In this document: positions 12,882-25,000 of the stretch, one piece after another | How the letters are laid out: every line of letters begins with the position of its first letter | How positions within the stretch are numbered: the first letter of the stretch is position 1 | Assembly: GCF_006345805.1 (NCBI RefSeq) | Contig: NW_021833648.1 | Span: 43,219 to 107,218 of the forward strand | Reading direction: 5' to 3' | Source: Octopus sinensis | Lineage: Eukaryota | DNA length: 64,000 bases | The notes under the pieces: model-generated | Database searches by the model: none | What the model saw: only the letters and a program-made list of their open reading frames with translations | What the model was told of the DNA's origin: nothing | Translations under genes and position numbers: made by a program

Positions 12882-15800
12882 TCATAGAATCATAGTCAAG
12901 GTGGCTTCGTCATTCATACGTGCCATCCTTGCTACATTCACCATCTTTTTTAAAAACATTCACTAGACAAAACTTGCCTCTCTACTCTCACTTTCCTCTT
13001 CAAGTGATACTTGAAGAAGTTGATGAGAGATTGACCAAGAGGAAAGTGTTTGTCTCTAATCCTTTCAGGCGTGTCCACCAGATACATTCTTTCGCCATAG
13101 CCACAAGTATGATAAAAATAGCTCTTCCTTCCCGTTTGAAGGAAGGAGGCGTGACGATATTAACGATAGACTCGGCTGATAACCGACACGTCCCACACGT
13201 GACAGCAGTCGTTCGACATAAGCCCACAGGTCGGAAATTGCTGGACACTGCACGATTGCGTGCAGAGCGGTTTCGTCGCTCTGACCGCATCTCGGGCAGG
13301 TCGGCCCCGTGTTTCTCGAGCCATGCCTATAGAGCTTATCCCGAATGGGTAGCGCTTCTCGGTAGCACCGCCAGGCCAGGGATCTCTGGAAGTTGTCCAT
13401 AGGTCCCGGGCCGAAAGTCGTTTGAAACAGGTGGGTCAGGTATTCCTCGTCGACGCCCAGGTTTTCCCCGAGCTCGTCGTCGTACCTCCCCTCCACTAAT
13501 CCTCTATAGAATGCTTTGGTTGTGTTGAAGTCACTCAAGGTCGACCCGGGACGGCAGAGTTGCTTGAGAGCAACGCGATACTCGCGGTGCCATTCGCCCT
13601 TCCTCGGCCTCTTTTTGATCCACGACTGTAGTTCGGTCATGGAGACGAGTTGCGGGAATGCGTGCCTCACAAACGGCGACCACACCTGTTCACCGTCGTC
13701 TACATAGAGCTGGAGATGTCGCAGTCTCAGCGCGTGTCTGCGCATCATCAACCACGGCATGCCCAGCCCTCCTTTTAACAGGTGTTGACAGCAAATGGAT
13801 CGCCTGACCATCGGGACGCATCCTTTCCACAAGAAGCGGAAGAGAATGCGTTCTAGTTTGGTGATGGTAGGGTCGGGACAAGGTACGACGGTCAGGCGGT
13901 AGTAGTAGATGATGGACGCGATGTACGCGTTCACCACCTCCGCCCGACCTTTTAGGGACAGTTTCCTCTCGGCCCATTGCTGGGCGAGAGTGACCACCCT
14001 ACTCGTTATCTCGTTCCAGTCTTCTCCATTTGGAGGTCCGGACCGACCGAAACCAGACCGAGCAACTCAACCGGGCCGTCTGTCCAGCGTCCCACGACGG
14101 AGGTACTGGTGGACGGCATGGGCTTGCTTCTCCAGGTGCCGAGCCGCAAGCCCACTGAGTTTTCCCGGTTGATTTTTGCTCCTGTCACCGCTTCGTAGTC
14201 TTTCAGTGTCTCGCCTACCCGCTCGATGTGCTCGTGGCTTGACACTATGACGGTGACGTCGTCCGCGTATGCAGACACGCTCGTCCCGCATCCTAATTCT
14301 CGCGGGATGCCCCTCAGAGTCGCCAGCTTCCGCAGTAGTGGCTCAAGAGTCAATACGTATAGAAAGCGCCAGAGGGGGCATCCCTGACGGACCGAACGTG
14401 CAATGTCGAAGGGGTACGATAGATGTCCATTTACGCGAATTACCGAACGGATGCCTCTGTACAAGGCAGCTATCCAGCCGCGGAAGACGGGACCGAAACC
14501 AGCCGCTCTCAGGACCGCCTCCAAGTATCGATGGTCTACCTATCAAAGGCTTTCGATTGATCCAAGTTGATCAGGGCCCCACCCATGCCAGATTCGTTAA
14601 CTACCCTGTCTATGATGTAGCGCATCAGATGGAGGTTGTTCATGGATGCTCCGGCCCGGCACAGCGCACGTTTGCGTTGTCGACCAGTTTCTCGATGACA
14701 AGCGCCAACCTCTTGGCTAACACCTTTGTCAAAATTTTCAGGTCTGCATTGAGCAGAGTGATTGGCCTAAAGTTATCTATAATGTTTCCCTTGTTTGGAT
14801 CTTTCTTCAGCAGAGTTACAGCTCCTCGACTCACAAAACCGGGTATGCTCCCGTTTTGCTGCCAGTTGCAGTATACCGCTGCCAAGACGTCTCCAAACAA
14901 GTCTGGCATACAATAGTAAAATTCGTAGGGTAGACCATCCAAACCTGGTGATTTGTCCCTCGAGCATCTGCCATCGCTTCCCGCACTTCCGCCGCCGTGA
15001 TGGCACCTTCGCAGCACCCTGCCTTTCTTGTCGAGAGTCGTGGCAGGCTATGTAGGTAGGCACTGAAGTCTACCCTACGTTCTTGCCCTCCACTCGTCCC
15101 GAACAGTCGGGCAAAATGCTGCTGAAAAGCCCTCACACTTTTACTTGGCTCGAGCAATTCGCGCCCCTGTACATCTACCAGTGACCGAATGGTGGCTTTG
15201 TTGCCCTGTTGCGCCTCTGCCACCCGGGCCTCTCTCGCGGCTCCAACACCTTCGTTCCTTAGAGCACGCATCCTAGCTCTGACAGCACATCCTTCGTGTT
15301 TGGCGTTGAAGTGTTGGTCGAGGGCCAACCTCGCCGCCAAAACGTCGGATGCGATGCCGCTTCTAATTGCCTCTTCTAGCTTCTTAACTAGCTCACCCTC
15401 TACTCTATTTCTATCTATGGCTAGTGCTTTGCTGTACCTAATCGCTTCTGCTTTTACTGCTCTCTTGAGGGCAAACCACCATTTGTTGTTGATGATGGCT
15501 CCCGTCAAAGCCCTCTTTACTAGTGTGCTAATCCGGTCTCTGAAAACTTGTCTGGACGGAATGATGCGTTCAGTTTCCAGTACCCAGGACCCTGTCTATG
15601 TGCCTTATCTAAGTCTAGCGTACACGTCACCAATTTGTGATCCGTGTAGCTGACTGTGTGGAATTGTGGACATCCTAAGTCATCCTTGTCTACTGTCCTA
15701 CACAGTATCCTATCTAGATACGATCTCGACGACCCACTGCGGTTGCTCCACGTCCACGTTGGTGCATTTGGGTGGTCGAGTCGGTACCTGTCAGACAGTT

Positions 15801-16316
15801 GGAATCGTCTGAGCAGGTCTCTGAGGCATTTGCATTCCCTTCTGTTTCTGTCTCTACCCACGTAATCTACATGCGTGTCCAAGGTAGCATTCCAATCCCC
15901 CACTAAGAGTAAAGGACGAGACGTTCCCAAGAATACTTCTAGACGTCGAAAGAAATCCGCCCGACCTGTTAAGGGCGGTGCGTAGACTGATACGAGTCGA
16001 AAAGCGCACCCATTGCTGCCGTCAACATCCAGAACGATCAGTCTACCCTCCGGGTCTACGAATATCGTCTTGACTTCGAGATCCAGGCTCTTGTGAAAAA
16101 GTACCGCGGTGCCACTACCGCCCATCCTCGGCAGACAGGGAGCGAAATAAATGTTAAACTGTCCGCCAAACATGGACTTTAGGGCCCGTGGCTCGTGGAG
16201 TCTGGTCTCACTTATGGCTATGATTCCCAAATCATGTGACTTGATGTCATTTAGGAGGTATCCTTGTTTCCAAGGAGACCCTAAGCCACGCGCATTCACA
16301 CACCAATCTTGACCAT
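12882..16316 (-). pseudogene. Tx1 ORF2 (APE endonuclease, reverse transcriptase, zinc finger), broken by frameshifts
   Basis: NARGL, SET, VYAP, GDWN, YLDRIL, TDHK and GPGYWKLNAS (EN). FRPITLLNADLKIL, RQGCP and YADD (RT). CPRCGQSDETALHAIVQC. Spread over ORFs 15520-16299, 14831-15508, 14640-15017, 14006-14524, 13065-13997 and 13000-13290. Confidence 0.92.
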
Positions 16317-16320
16317 GATT

Positions 16321-18486
16321 CTATTGGGGTGTGTGCTTTAAAACACACAAATGAAAGTACAGAGAGTTACTTACTTGTGTCGAAAGTTTTGGCTTCCTCC
16401 TCTTTCTTTGATGTGTCTTCGAGGAGGTTTCTATATAGTTTTTGGGACAGATATTTCTGGAAACCCCCTACACAGCATTTGGGAAGAGGCTTTGAGTTTG
16501 TGGTGTTGTGTTTGTGTGATGTGTAGTATTTTGATGTGTTTGGGTGGTGTAGTGCGTGGATATTGCTATTTTTAAGTCATCTTCACAAATGTTTGTGTAT
16601 CCTGTGATGTACTCCATTAGTTTGGAGTCTTTTGTGTCTATCGCTGATAGCATTGTTTTTGTGGTGTTGGTGCTTGTTTTGTTGTGTATGGAGTTTTCAG
16701 GTTCAGGTATCTCCCTGCTTTGGTTGCGATTTCTTGTTTGGTTTTTCTTGATCTTTTTCTTTTACCCCCTGTGGCTATTTGCCATTCTGTCGAACTTTCA
16801 TCGTTCATCGTTAATGAAATCTGACGAATCAGCAGGGGGCAAGGGTAAAGCGTCTGGGTGTGTTTGTGCGGTTGTAGATATTGTTGTGGTGCGCGGGAGG
16901 GTGTTGCTGGGGGGTTTGTTGTGGTTATTGTCTCTCCTACATCCTTGGTGCTTGTCTTCTTCGTTGTTATTCTTGTGTTGGAATTGGTTTATTTGTTGTT
17001 GGTGGTGATGATTCTTGTTCTTGGGGCGCTGGTGTTGGTGTTGTTTGGTTGGGTTGGCTTGTTCTTTGTTGTTTTTCCTGCATTTCCGCATACAGCTTCT
17101 TGACTAGCTGTCCATATTGTGGTGTGGGCAATAATCCTGGCTTTTGTGATTTTCCTGTGGCTGTTGTTGTTGTTGTAATTTTGCGGCAGATTTGCACTCC
17201 TTTTTGAGGTGTGCCTCACTGCCACATGTATAGCATCGTGGCCTTCTGCCCTCGACTACTACGTATAACTTGCGGCCATCCTCAAGATGTACGTGGGTGG
17301 GGATTTTATTTATGTCCTCTTGACTTATGTGGAAGAGGAACTCTATTCTCTTTCCCAGCCAGTCCTTGTTTTCCGAAACACCGATGTCTAGGATGTTTAA
17401 GTCCTCCATTTCGGATGTTAAGGCGGATGCTATCCACAGTGTTGTAGTCACTTGGGGGACACCACTGATAATGACTTTCGTCACCTTCTGGCCGAGGTAA
17501 CTCGGTGTCAACGTTAGTTCATCAGAATGAAGGGTTATCGTTGAGAATTTCTTCGCCAACTCTTCATTCTGAAAAACCACCTGTACGTGTGCGAACTTGT
17601 TCGCCCAAGTCACACAATCCTTGTATCCCCAGATGGGGCGTAAGCACTTTTCGACTTTGTCTGTGCTTGCCTTTTCTGGACTTTTAGTTTTTTTGTTTGT
17701 GATTTTATATACAATTGTCTTTTTTTTTCCTCATTCAGTATGTGCTGAGGTATGTGTAAGAGTATTTTTCCGTTTTGATTTGTAATAAGTTTCTGCAATC
17801 TTTAATCTGTTGTGTAGTAAACGAACTTTTGTTACCTTTTCTTTTATCGCCTCGGCGAAGTTTGTTGTTGCTTTGTTATTGTTGTTACTACTTGCCGGTG
17901 GTGTTGGTGTTGATGGCAGGGGTGTGGGTTGTAGGTTTGTGGTTGCTGATTATGCAACTAGCAAGGGGTGGGAAATTGCCTGCGTAATTAGTCCTGCATT
18001 AGCGCAAATTTCGGCATTTCGTTTGCTTGTCGTCGTCGTTATTTTTTCCACTTGTTGGTGATGGAGTGAGCAGTGGTTGAAGGGAATTGTTGTTGTCGTC
18101 GTCGTCGTTGTTGTTGTTGTTTTGTTTGTTGTGTTATTGTCGTTCTTGGTGACGGTGGTGGTGTTAGTAGTATTAGTAGCATTGACGGCACGGTCTTTGG
18201 TGGCGGTGATGGTGGTGTTGGTATTGTTATTGGTGGCGTTGTCTTTAGTAGGGATAGCAGTTTCAGTAGCAGATTCTGCCATGGTGTTGCTGTCAGTGTT
18301 GGTGGTGGACTTACTGATGGTGTTGACGGTGCTTGGCCTTGCGACCTTTGTTTTGTATTTGTTGCTGTTGTCGATGTTGATGGTGGTGGGGTTGTCAGGT
18401 TCAGCATATGCTAACAGAGCATCCTGTTTTTCTGTTTCTGCGTCACGCTTGACTTGCACCTCAGCCTCGTGGTGGCCAGTGGCCAT
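16321..18486 (-). pseudogene. Tx1 ORF1 (gag-like nucleic-acid-binding protein), broken by frameshifts
   Basis: Starts MATGHHEAEV at 18486. Segment 17104-17613 has VTKVIISGVP and CYTCGSEAHLKKEC (CX2CX4HX4C). Inferred stop at 16321-16323, just before the ORF2 ATG at 16316. Confidence 0.75.
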
Positions 18487-18724
18487 TTTGGAAATAAAAT
18501 GGCTAAATGAAACCACGAAGGCTATGAGAATTTTTTCTTTTAATTTTGCCCACAAGGGGAAAAATTTTGTGTCGATATTTATCAAAGGTTTACAGTGGAT
18601 GTTGTTGCACAACTTTTAAGCACAAAACGTTTGTCAATATACACTTTTGAAACGTACAAAAATACCAACTTACGTGGAGCCCATTTGACTTGCGTCCGTC
18701 TGTCAGAGAGAGATAGATAGATAG

Positions 18725-18930
18725 TGGTAGAGTGTCACTTGGTGGCTTGCATGTTGCATTGATGTTCGTAAGATTATGGTTTGAATTTCACGTTGCTCCA
18801 GTTCACTCAGCTGGCAAAAATGAGTAACCCTACGAATAACAAACTTCCAGTCTATGGTAGGGAGAGGGGAAGAATATATACACAACAGAATCTAGGAAAC
18901 CGGTTTATGGGCTTATGGCATGGGTTGGCC
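18725..18930 (+). mobile_element. SINE family C-like, degenerate
   Basis: TTTCACGTTGCTCCAGTTCACTCAGCTGGCAAAAATGAGT matches the family C central domain. Confidence 0.55.
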
Positions 18931-19289
18931 CTTTGGTCCTTTTTTATTATATGTACACATACATACACACACACAAACCAGTATTAGTAGAACTTCTTAA
19001 ATTATCTGTCAATTTTCGAGCAAAATTTACCATATATACTTTTGTTCATCAGTGTTAACTACCAAATCGTTTGAAGGATCTTTTATATATCTAGCGTTTC
19101 TGCGGATTTTAATTCAAAGAATTTCAGGTTTCATTCATCAATTGCCCTTTTCTGCCTCTTCAGTAAACATACATCTCTTGCAGTTTTTGAGTATATTACC
19201 CAACGTTTCTCGAGTCCATAGCCATCTTACACAAGAACGTTATACGTTTATATGTAATCTAGCAAAATATTTTTTAAAAAACACTTTTT

Positions 19290-19900
19290 TCTTTCCTGAA
19301 TACCAAAGTTCCCCCAACTCTTGAGCGTTATTAGTGAAGTTTGTGGTCGATTGTCATGAAGTATGATTGGGCTTCTTCTGCTGATCTGTCTGGTATGGAG
19401 GAATAGCAATTTTTCGTTCATTTTGGCAATTTCACGACAATACGCTTCTGCAGTAATGGTTTTTTCCGGTTTTTAAGAAGATATAGTGAAAGTGTCCAGC
19501 AGTACACCACCAAACAGTTACCATAAACTTCTTTTGGAAGAGCTCGGTTTAGGGAAGGTTTTTCGATGCTTCATTTTGGCCTAACCACTGCGAAGAAGAT
19601 TTTTTATTATTGTACAGAACCCACTTTTCATCGTAAGTTACAATACGGTCGAGAAATGAATCGTCTGGTTACGGAGAAGAAGCGACGACCAAATTTCATA
19701 CCTGCGCAGTTTCTGATTTTCGTTTAAATCGTGTGGTACCAATTTGTCGAGCTGTTTTGATTTTCCGATCGCGTAAATAGTTGGAGGCAGTTTTCTGGCT
19801 AACTTGAAATTCTTTTGCCAGTTCTCGAGTGTATCATGCTTACTCTATCAGAATTAAGTTAGGGGCCTGTATGTCTAAGGCTCTACGTGTGAGCCATAGA
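19290..19900 (-). mobile_element. Mariner transposase remnant
   Basis: Minus-strand translation across frameshifts gives FLDRIVTYDEKWVLYNN, VWWCTAG, GKTITAEAYC and ILHDN. Confidence 0.75.
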
Positions 19901-20512
19901 TACGCACCAATTCAATGAGCTGCTATGGAACAACTGATTATTCTTTGTCGAAAACGACGGAGATCCATTTACTTTATACATACATACATATATATATATA
20001 CATATTCACTCATACATATGTCATTTTTTACTTTTATTTTTTCCTTTTCTTGTCATTTGCTTTCTTATTTTAAGTTCCCCGATTGTACTGTCCCATCTAT
20101 GTTCGCCCCTTGTGGGTAATAAAAAAAAAAAATCCCCTTGTGGGTAGTAATAAAATCACATAAGTACATATATATATATATATATATATATAATCACGGT
20201 TAAGAATCGAACTTAAGTTAACTAGAAGTGTTTTTAAAATATGTACATCAAATTATATTCCCTCAACCAATGAAATTAAGCTGTTCTTTTCTAGATTCTC
20301 GAGAATCTTGTTCAATGCGCAAAGTGTTAGGAAGTTTTGTTGAAATTTACATAAATGTTGGTCATAAATTTACATAAATATTGGTAATTCTGAGAACTGC
20401 TAAGTCAAACGAGGTAGAAGGACGTAGTTAGACCGTGCTGCCGCTGAACTTTCGCTGTCGTGTTTCTTTCATAGAACCATTTATTCGTCGTCCATGAAAC
20501 ACAACTTGAGGA

Positions 20513-20643
20513 GTATGTAGATTGTTATATTTTGTGAAATATCGTCACTGACCCTTTGTTTGAAGTTTTAAATCGATATTGCAACTTTCCAATCTCTTAT
20601 TTCTGATTATTTGGTGTCATATTTTTTTTTAATTGCATTCTAG
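20513..20643 (+). other. Putative 5'UTR intron of the H1-like gene
   Basis: GTATGT donor at 20513; T-rich tract plus TTCTAG acceptor ending 20643, 143 nt before the ATG. Inference only. Confidence 0.35.
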
Positions 20644-20785
20644 ATTTACCAAACTGACTCAAATTGTGGATCTTTTGTAAGTGGAAGCCATCCCCCTGAA
20701 GTGCACGATATTTTAAAGACAGCTTTGTTGCCACTTTTTTCTCTTTTGGTCAAGCTTTCTTTCATTTAAGAGTTGTAATCTAATC

Positions 20786-21718
20786 ATGGATACTGAAAAT
20801 GAATGCTACCCCGGCGAAGGATCTTCTGCAAAAGCGTCAGTTCAAGCTGTGAACACTATTAATTTGATAAAACCGGCTGGAGAAAAACGCTCACGGCGCC
20901 CTCCACCAGCTTTTGTATCTAGAAACAAAACACCAACGAAAATTTCGACCCGTAAAGAACCGAAACCTGGTGCCAAACACCCGAAATACCGTTCAATGGT
21001 TATAACAGCAATTGATAGTAAAATTTCGCGGAATGGTGTTTCATTGAGAGCGATATTAAATTATATCCAATCGACTTTTGAAGTGAGTTCAAATTCGAAG
21101 TTCGTCAACACGCAAGTGAAAAAAACGTTGGCGAATATGGTTGAGGACTGTGTGGCTATTCTGGTGACTGGCACGATAGGAACAGGTTACTTTAAACTGA
21201 AGCCTTCACAGAAATCCAAATCTAAAAGTGACGGCAACAGCAATGGGAAGGCTAATAAAAAGACCCACATGAAACCAGTCCGTACCAAAAGTGGGCAGTC
21301 TACTTTAGATAAGAACTCGACATTTACTAAATCCCCAGGAACCAGCAAATCTGCTGCTAAAACGAAATCAAGACAAATTGGTGAAGAAAATACTCCGCGT
21401 CAAACGAAAACCAAACGAGTTATTTCATCTAAAAGAAAATCTCTCTTACCAAAAAACCTGAAACGAGCCAGTCTTTTGCATAGACGAAAATCTGTTTCAA
21501 AAACTCCTGCAAAGAAATCTAGTTCAAAGAACTCGAAAGCTAAGAGTCATGACAAAGTTCCAGAGAAATCAGTTAAAAAACCAAAAAATATTCAGAAGAA
21601 ACAAATGTCACAAGTCGAACGAAAGTCGCCGAAGGTGAAAAAAGAACTATCAAAAAACAGTAAAGCTACTAAATCGAAGTCCGTAGTTCAAAATTCTAAG
21701 AAGCAGCTTTCAAAATAG
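20786..21718 (+). CDS. Linker histone H1-like protein, divergent variant (310 aa)
   Basis: Intact ORF in non-repetitive DNA. H15 winged-helix pattern at about aa 65-138 (HPKYRSMVITAI...GVSLRAILNYI...VKKTL...GTIGTGYFKL). C-tail of about 170 aa rich in K/S/R, with S/TP-K motifs. Confidence 0.88.
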   Translation: MDTENECYPGEGSSAKASVQAVNTINLIKPAGEKRSRRPPPAFVSRNKTPTKISTRKEPKPGAKHPKYRSMVITAIDSKISRNGVSLRAILNYIQSTFEVSSNSKFVNTQVKKTLANMVEDCVAILVTGTIGTGYFKLKPSQKSKSKSDGNSNGKANKKTHMKPVRTKSGQSTLDKNSTFTKSPGTSKSAAKTKSRQIGEENTPRQTKTKRVISSKRKSLLPKNLKRASLLHRRKSVSKTPAKKSSSKNSKAKSHDKVPEKSVKKPKNIQKKQMSQVERKSPKVKKELSKNSKATKSKSVVQNSKKQLSK

Positions 21719-21823
21719 ACTTTTTTCTTTCATTGTAACACCACCCACTTGTATCTCATTTCAAGGGGGTTTTCAACAATGCAATGAAATTCCGTTGCAT
21801 CCCTACTTAGAACATTACTCTGT

Positions 21824-21829
21824 ATTAAA
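21824..21829 (+). terminator. Candidate polyadenylation signal ATTAAA of the H1-like gene
   Basis: Variant hexamer about 105 nt after the stop. No canonical histone stem-loop seen. Confidence 0.3.
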
Positions 21830-22582
21830 AACAAACCATTTAAAATGAAGCAACGCTAGAAAATTTAGCAACAGATTAGATACCATTAGGGGATTTAATT
21901 CACCCTGCTTTAATTTCATTCTTGAATTCCAGTGGAATACAAAGCGATCATTGTTGGTCTGTATAATCGATTATATCCCTTATCTGGGTCGATGTACCAG
22001 CCCTATTCTGTGACCCCTATCCCTTCAGCTCGCGCATCCTAGAGAATTCACTACATCAAAGGTGGGGTGGGGGAGAGGATATCTGCATTTGCTCGCAACT
22101 ATAAGGAATATCGAAAAGCATTGTACATTACATTATTAGCATTCTTTTTTTTTTTTTTCTAAAAAAAATACCAATATTTTAAGCTCCTTTCTATTTTTAA
22201 GCTAATTCGTTTCACTTTTCATGCAATAATTCGTTATAAACAAAGTGTTCGGTCTGAGAAATCCCTGATCTTTTTACCAGCTTGGCATAGTTATAAACTA
22301 CTTGGCGATGATGAAACTGCCAAAGCTGGATCGCTTCTAGATTTGTTCGATCAGAGCAAACCCAGTGCTAAAATTTTAATTCTCACATCAATGTAGCCAA
22401 TGTTGCTGCTTTTGTCCACAAAATTCCATCTACGTTAAATGAATTAAAACACTTGGTAACGATACTGTCATCGTTTGTAAATATGTTTCATTTTGGGCAA
22501 TGTCTGGTTAAATAGAAATTAATTTAATAATTTAGACATGATAATATAGAAACTCTTAAAGCGTAAGTGTAGTTAAAACGTA

Positions 22583-22623
<41 letters not shown>

Positions 22624-24579
22624 CGTAAGTGAATAAGATGTTTTGAAACTAGTTACTATTCCAGTGTCCTGAATAACCGCTAAACTGCTAGGAATAACCG
22701 CTGAAAGCTGGAGACCGCAGATAAAGGTAGATTTAGGAATAAACTGTAGAGCAGGCAACATGTGAGTCGCATGCAACTCGTAGAATCTTCTGAAACTTTA
22801 ATGGCACTTGTGTGGCTCGCCTGATGTACCATATCGCATGCGTCCTGCTCTTCGAAAAAGGTAGCCCATTCCTGATGTAATCAGCTGAAGCTATGGAGCG
22901 AAGATGGCTATTAAAATAAACAACCCGAGGTTTAGCAACAAATATCCTACAGACTAAGCGAGAAGCTCTTCTGCTGTTGTCTCTGTCTACTGTTTCTTGG
23001 GTTTTCTGGTTAATTTGGTAACTCTGCATAAATTTCTATTTCATAACTTGCGCGTGCATGGTGTTGGAGCAGTTTATTGAACTGAATACAGCAAATGTTT
23101 CCTGCAGACGAACGGTGGGATAAAATGCCAGGGAGAAGCTGACTAATCAACGAAATTAATTTCAGCTCGTCTCGTTACCAACTGTCTTACAGGCATAAAA
23201 CCTCGCATTGTATTAAGCTAATATAGTTTCAAATTTTGCAAAACCGCTAGTAATTTTAGTGCTGGTCCTTGACCGGTAAGGTTATTTCGCTCAAATTTCC
23301 ACAACTGAATCAGCGAAAACGTAGGTTTCACTTCATCTGTTACCAATTATTTAAGTTTTGTTTCCCTTGTGATGGCCAACAAATTCCACTATCAAGAATG
23401 AATATGGACACTCGGAACCTAGTTCTCTATTTTTTTCTTTCTAGATGTCTCGCGTATCGCTACTTCATTTGGAACTAGAATTTATTTGTATCAATACCAA
23501 CATGATCTAATGCACAATATTCAAAATAATGGTGGATTTCTAAAGGGTATTTCGCTACTTCTTGCAGATTAACTTCAATATCCTAGTTTGTGACTTTTCT
23601 GTCGACTGAGGGATAACTGTCTATAACCAAGGACTACAATGTGATTTCAGTTTAAATCAGTTCTATCACATCCACTGACGTGTAGGAAGGCTTCTTGATT
23701 GATTTTTAAAAAATATATATAATTGAACCCACAACATATCTTTAGTTAACCATTTGAGCACTTGGTGGGAAACCACTGAAAGTTCCATCTATATGTGTGT
23801 ATATATCAAGTCAACCTAGCACAATCTAACACTCCTCTTACTAACGGACCACTTAATGAAAATAGTGCTGTTTAGCGCACCCATTTATGGTTGGTAAACT
23901 TTCTTTCAAAACGACACAACATTGAACCGAGAGCTTATATTTCGTGATCACAACTACTTGTAGGGTCAATGCCGGCCTCTGTGTTCTGTAGATGTGGTAG
24001 TGGTCACCTCCATTTTCTCCGGCTGCTATTCTGGCCTGATCATGGGCAAGGATTTCGTTGACAATCTTGTTCTCTCGAGCTACAGCCAAAAATGTGACTG
24101 ATGCAACTGTATATTCGGTCCGTTTGCAGATAAATCACAGACGGAAGTATCGGTAATTTGAGATCGCAAACAGTCGAAGGATTATCAAGCCTTTCGAGAA
24201 GGTTGAACTAGTAGTCCTGACCAGCCGGAGCATTAAGGATAATGTAATTCATCGCAACAAGAGAAACCCTGTAGAATGGGATGCCAGCACAGAGGGACCG
24301 CTTAATTCTCGTCAGGTATGACTTAGAAGAAGGGGCGAATATTTCTTATAAATATTACAATCTGTCTGAATAGGAAACAATTGAACGGGAGAGCAAAATT
24401 TGTCATGTTGGATGGTTGAAGGGTAGGAGGATTTTCAAATTTTATTTTTCTGTATATTTACATTTTTTTGTCCTACCTCGAGGTGAAAAGGAAAGCAAGA
24501 AACAGGAATATGAATGTGTGTGGTGTGTGTGTGTACATTCACAAATCGAAACTACTAAATGTTTAATTCATTGAATCCA

Positions 24580-25000
24580 TTATTCCTTAACAATGGGTTC
24601 AAATTTTGGCACTGGGTCGGGCTGCAGCTTTTGTGGGGAAGGAGAAATCGGTTACATCTACCTCAATGTTCAACTGCTACTTTTATCGACCCTGAAAAGA
24701 AAATAGTTGACCTCGGTGGAGACGAACGAAATGCCGGTTAGCAGTTTGACCAACGTGCTAATGTTTTTTGCCAGCTCACCGCCTTCGAAGTCACTTGTCA
24801 GGAGCGGGGTTCACTCCTTAATCTTTTCTGCCACACACAAACCTGAAATTTTGAGGTGGGGCTACTCGATTACATCGAGATGAGTTAAATATTAAATATT
24901 TTATCGACGGCGGAATTTGAACTCAGAATATAACGGACGAAATATCACTGAGTATTTTGTCCGACATGCTAACTGTTTAGCCAGCTCTCCGTTTTCACCG
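24580..25000 (-). mobile_element. Two degenerate SINE family A copies
   Basis: TTTTATCGACCCTGAAAAG...GACCTCGG and TTATCGACGGCGGAATTTGAACTCAGAA cores. Confidence 0.6.

Larger units (their letters stand above)
12537..18710 (-). mobile_element. Full-length Tx1/L1-clade non-LTR retrotransposon (copy 1)
   Basis: 5'UTR, ORF1 with CCHC knuckle, ORF2 with APE endonuclease, RT and C-terminal zinc finger, and a 3'UTR of about 345 bp. The 3' 3.1 kb is nearly identical to copy 2. GC-rich relative to the flanks. Confidence 0.95.

Noticed and set aside
12920-16299. Overlapping antisense and alternative-frame ORFs inside both Tx1 copies (for example 14269-14916 +)
   Set aside because: Expected by-product of GC-rich coding sequence; no recognisable motifs.
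20786-21718. Assignment as a bivalve-type PL-I sperm protein
   Set aside because: It lacks the globular-domain tryptophan I would expect, and Arg content is modest. Left as an unassigned H1 variant.
21719-21800. Histone 3' stem-loop after the H1-like gene
   Set aside because: AAGGGGGTTTTCAAC and ACCACCCA resemble parts of it, but no 6-bp stem/4-nt loop forms.
22733-24089. Non-repetitive ORFs 22733-23029 (-) and 23853-24089 (-)
   Set aside because: No convincing motif or exon structure; at most a faint RT-like ASADYI.
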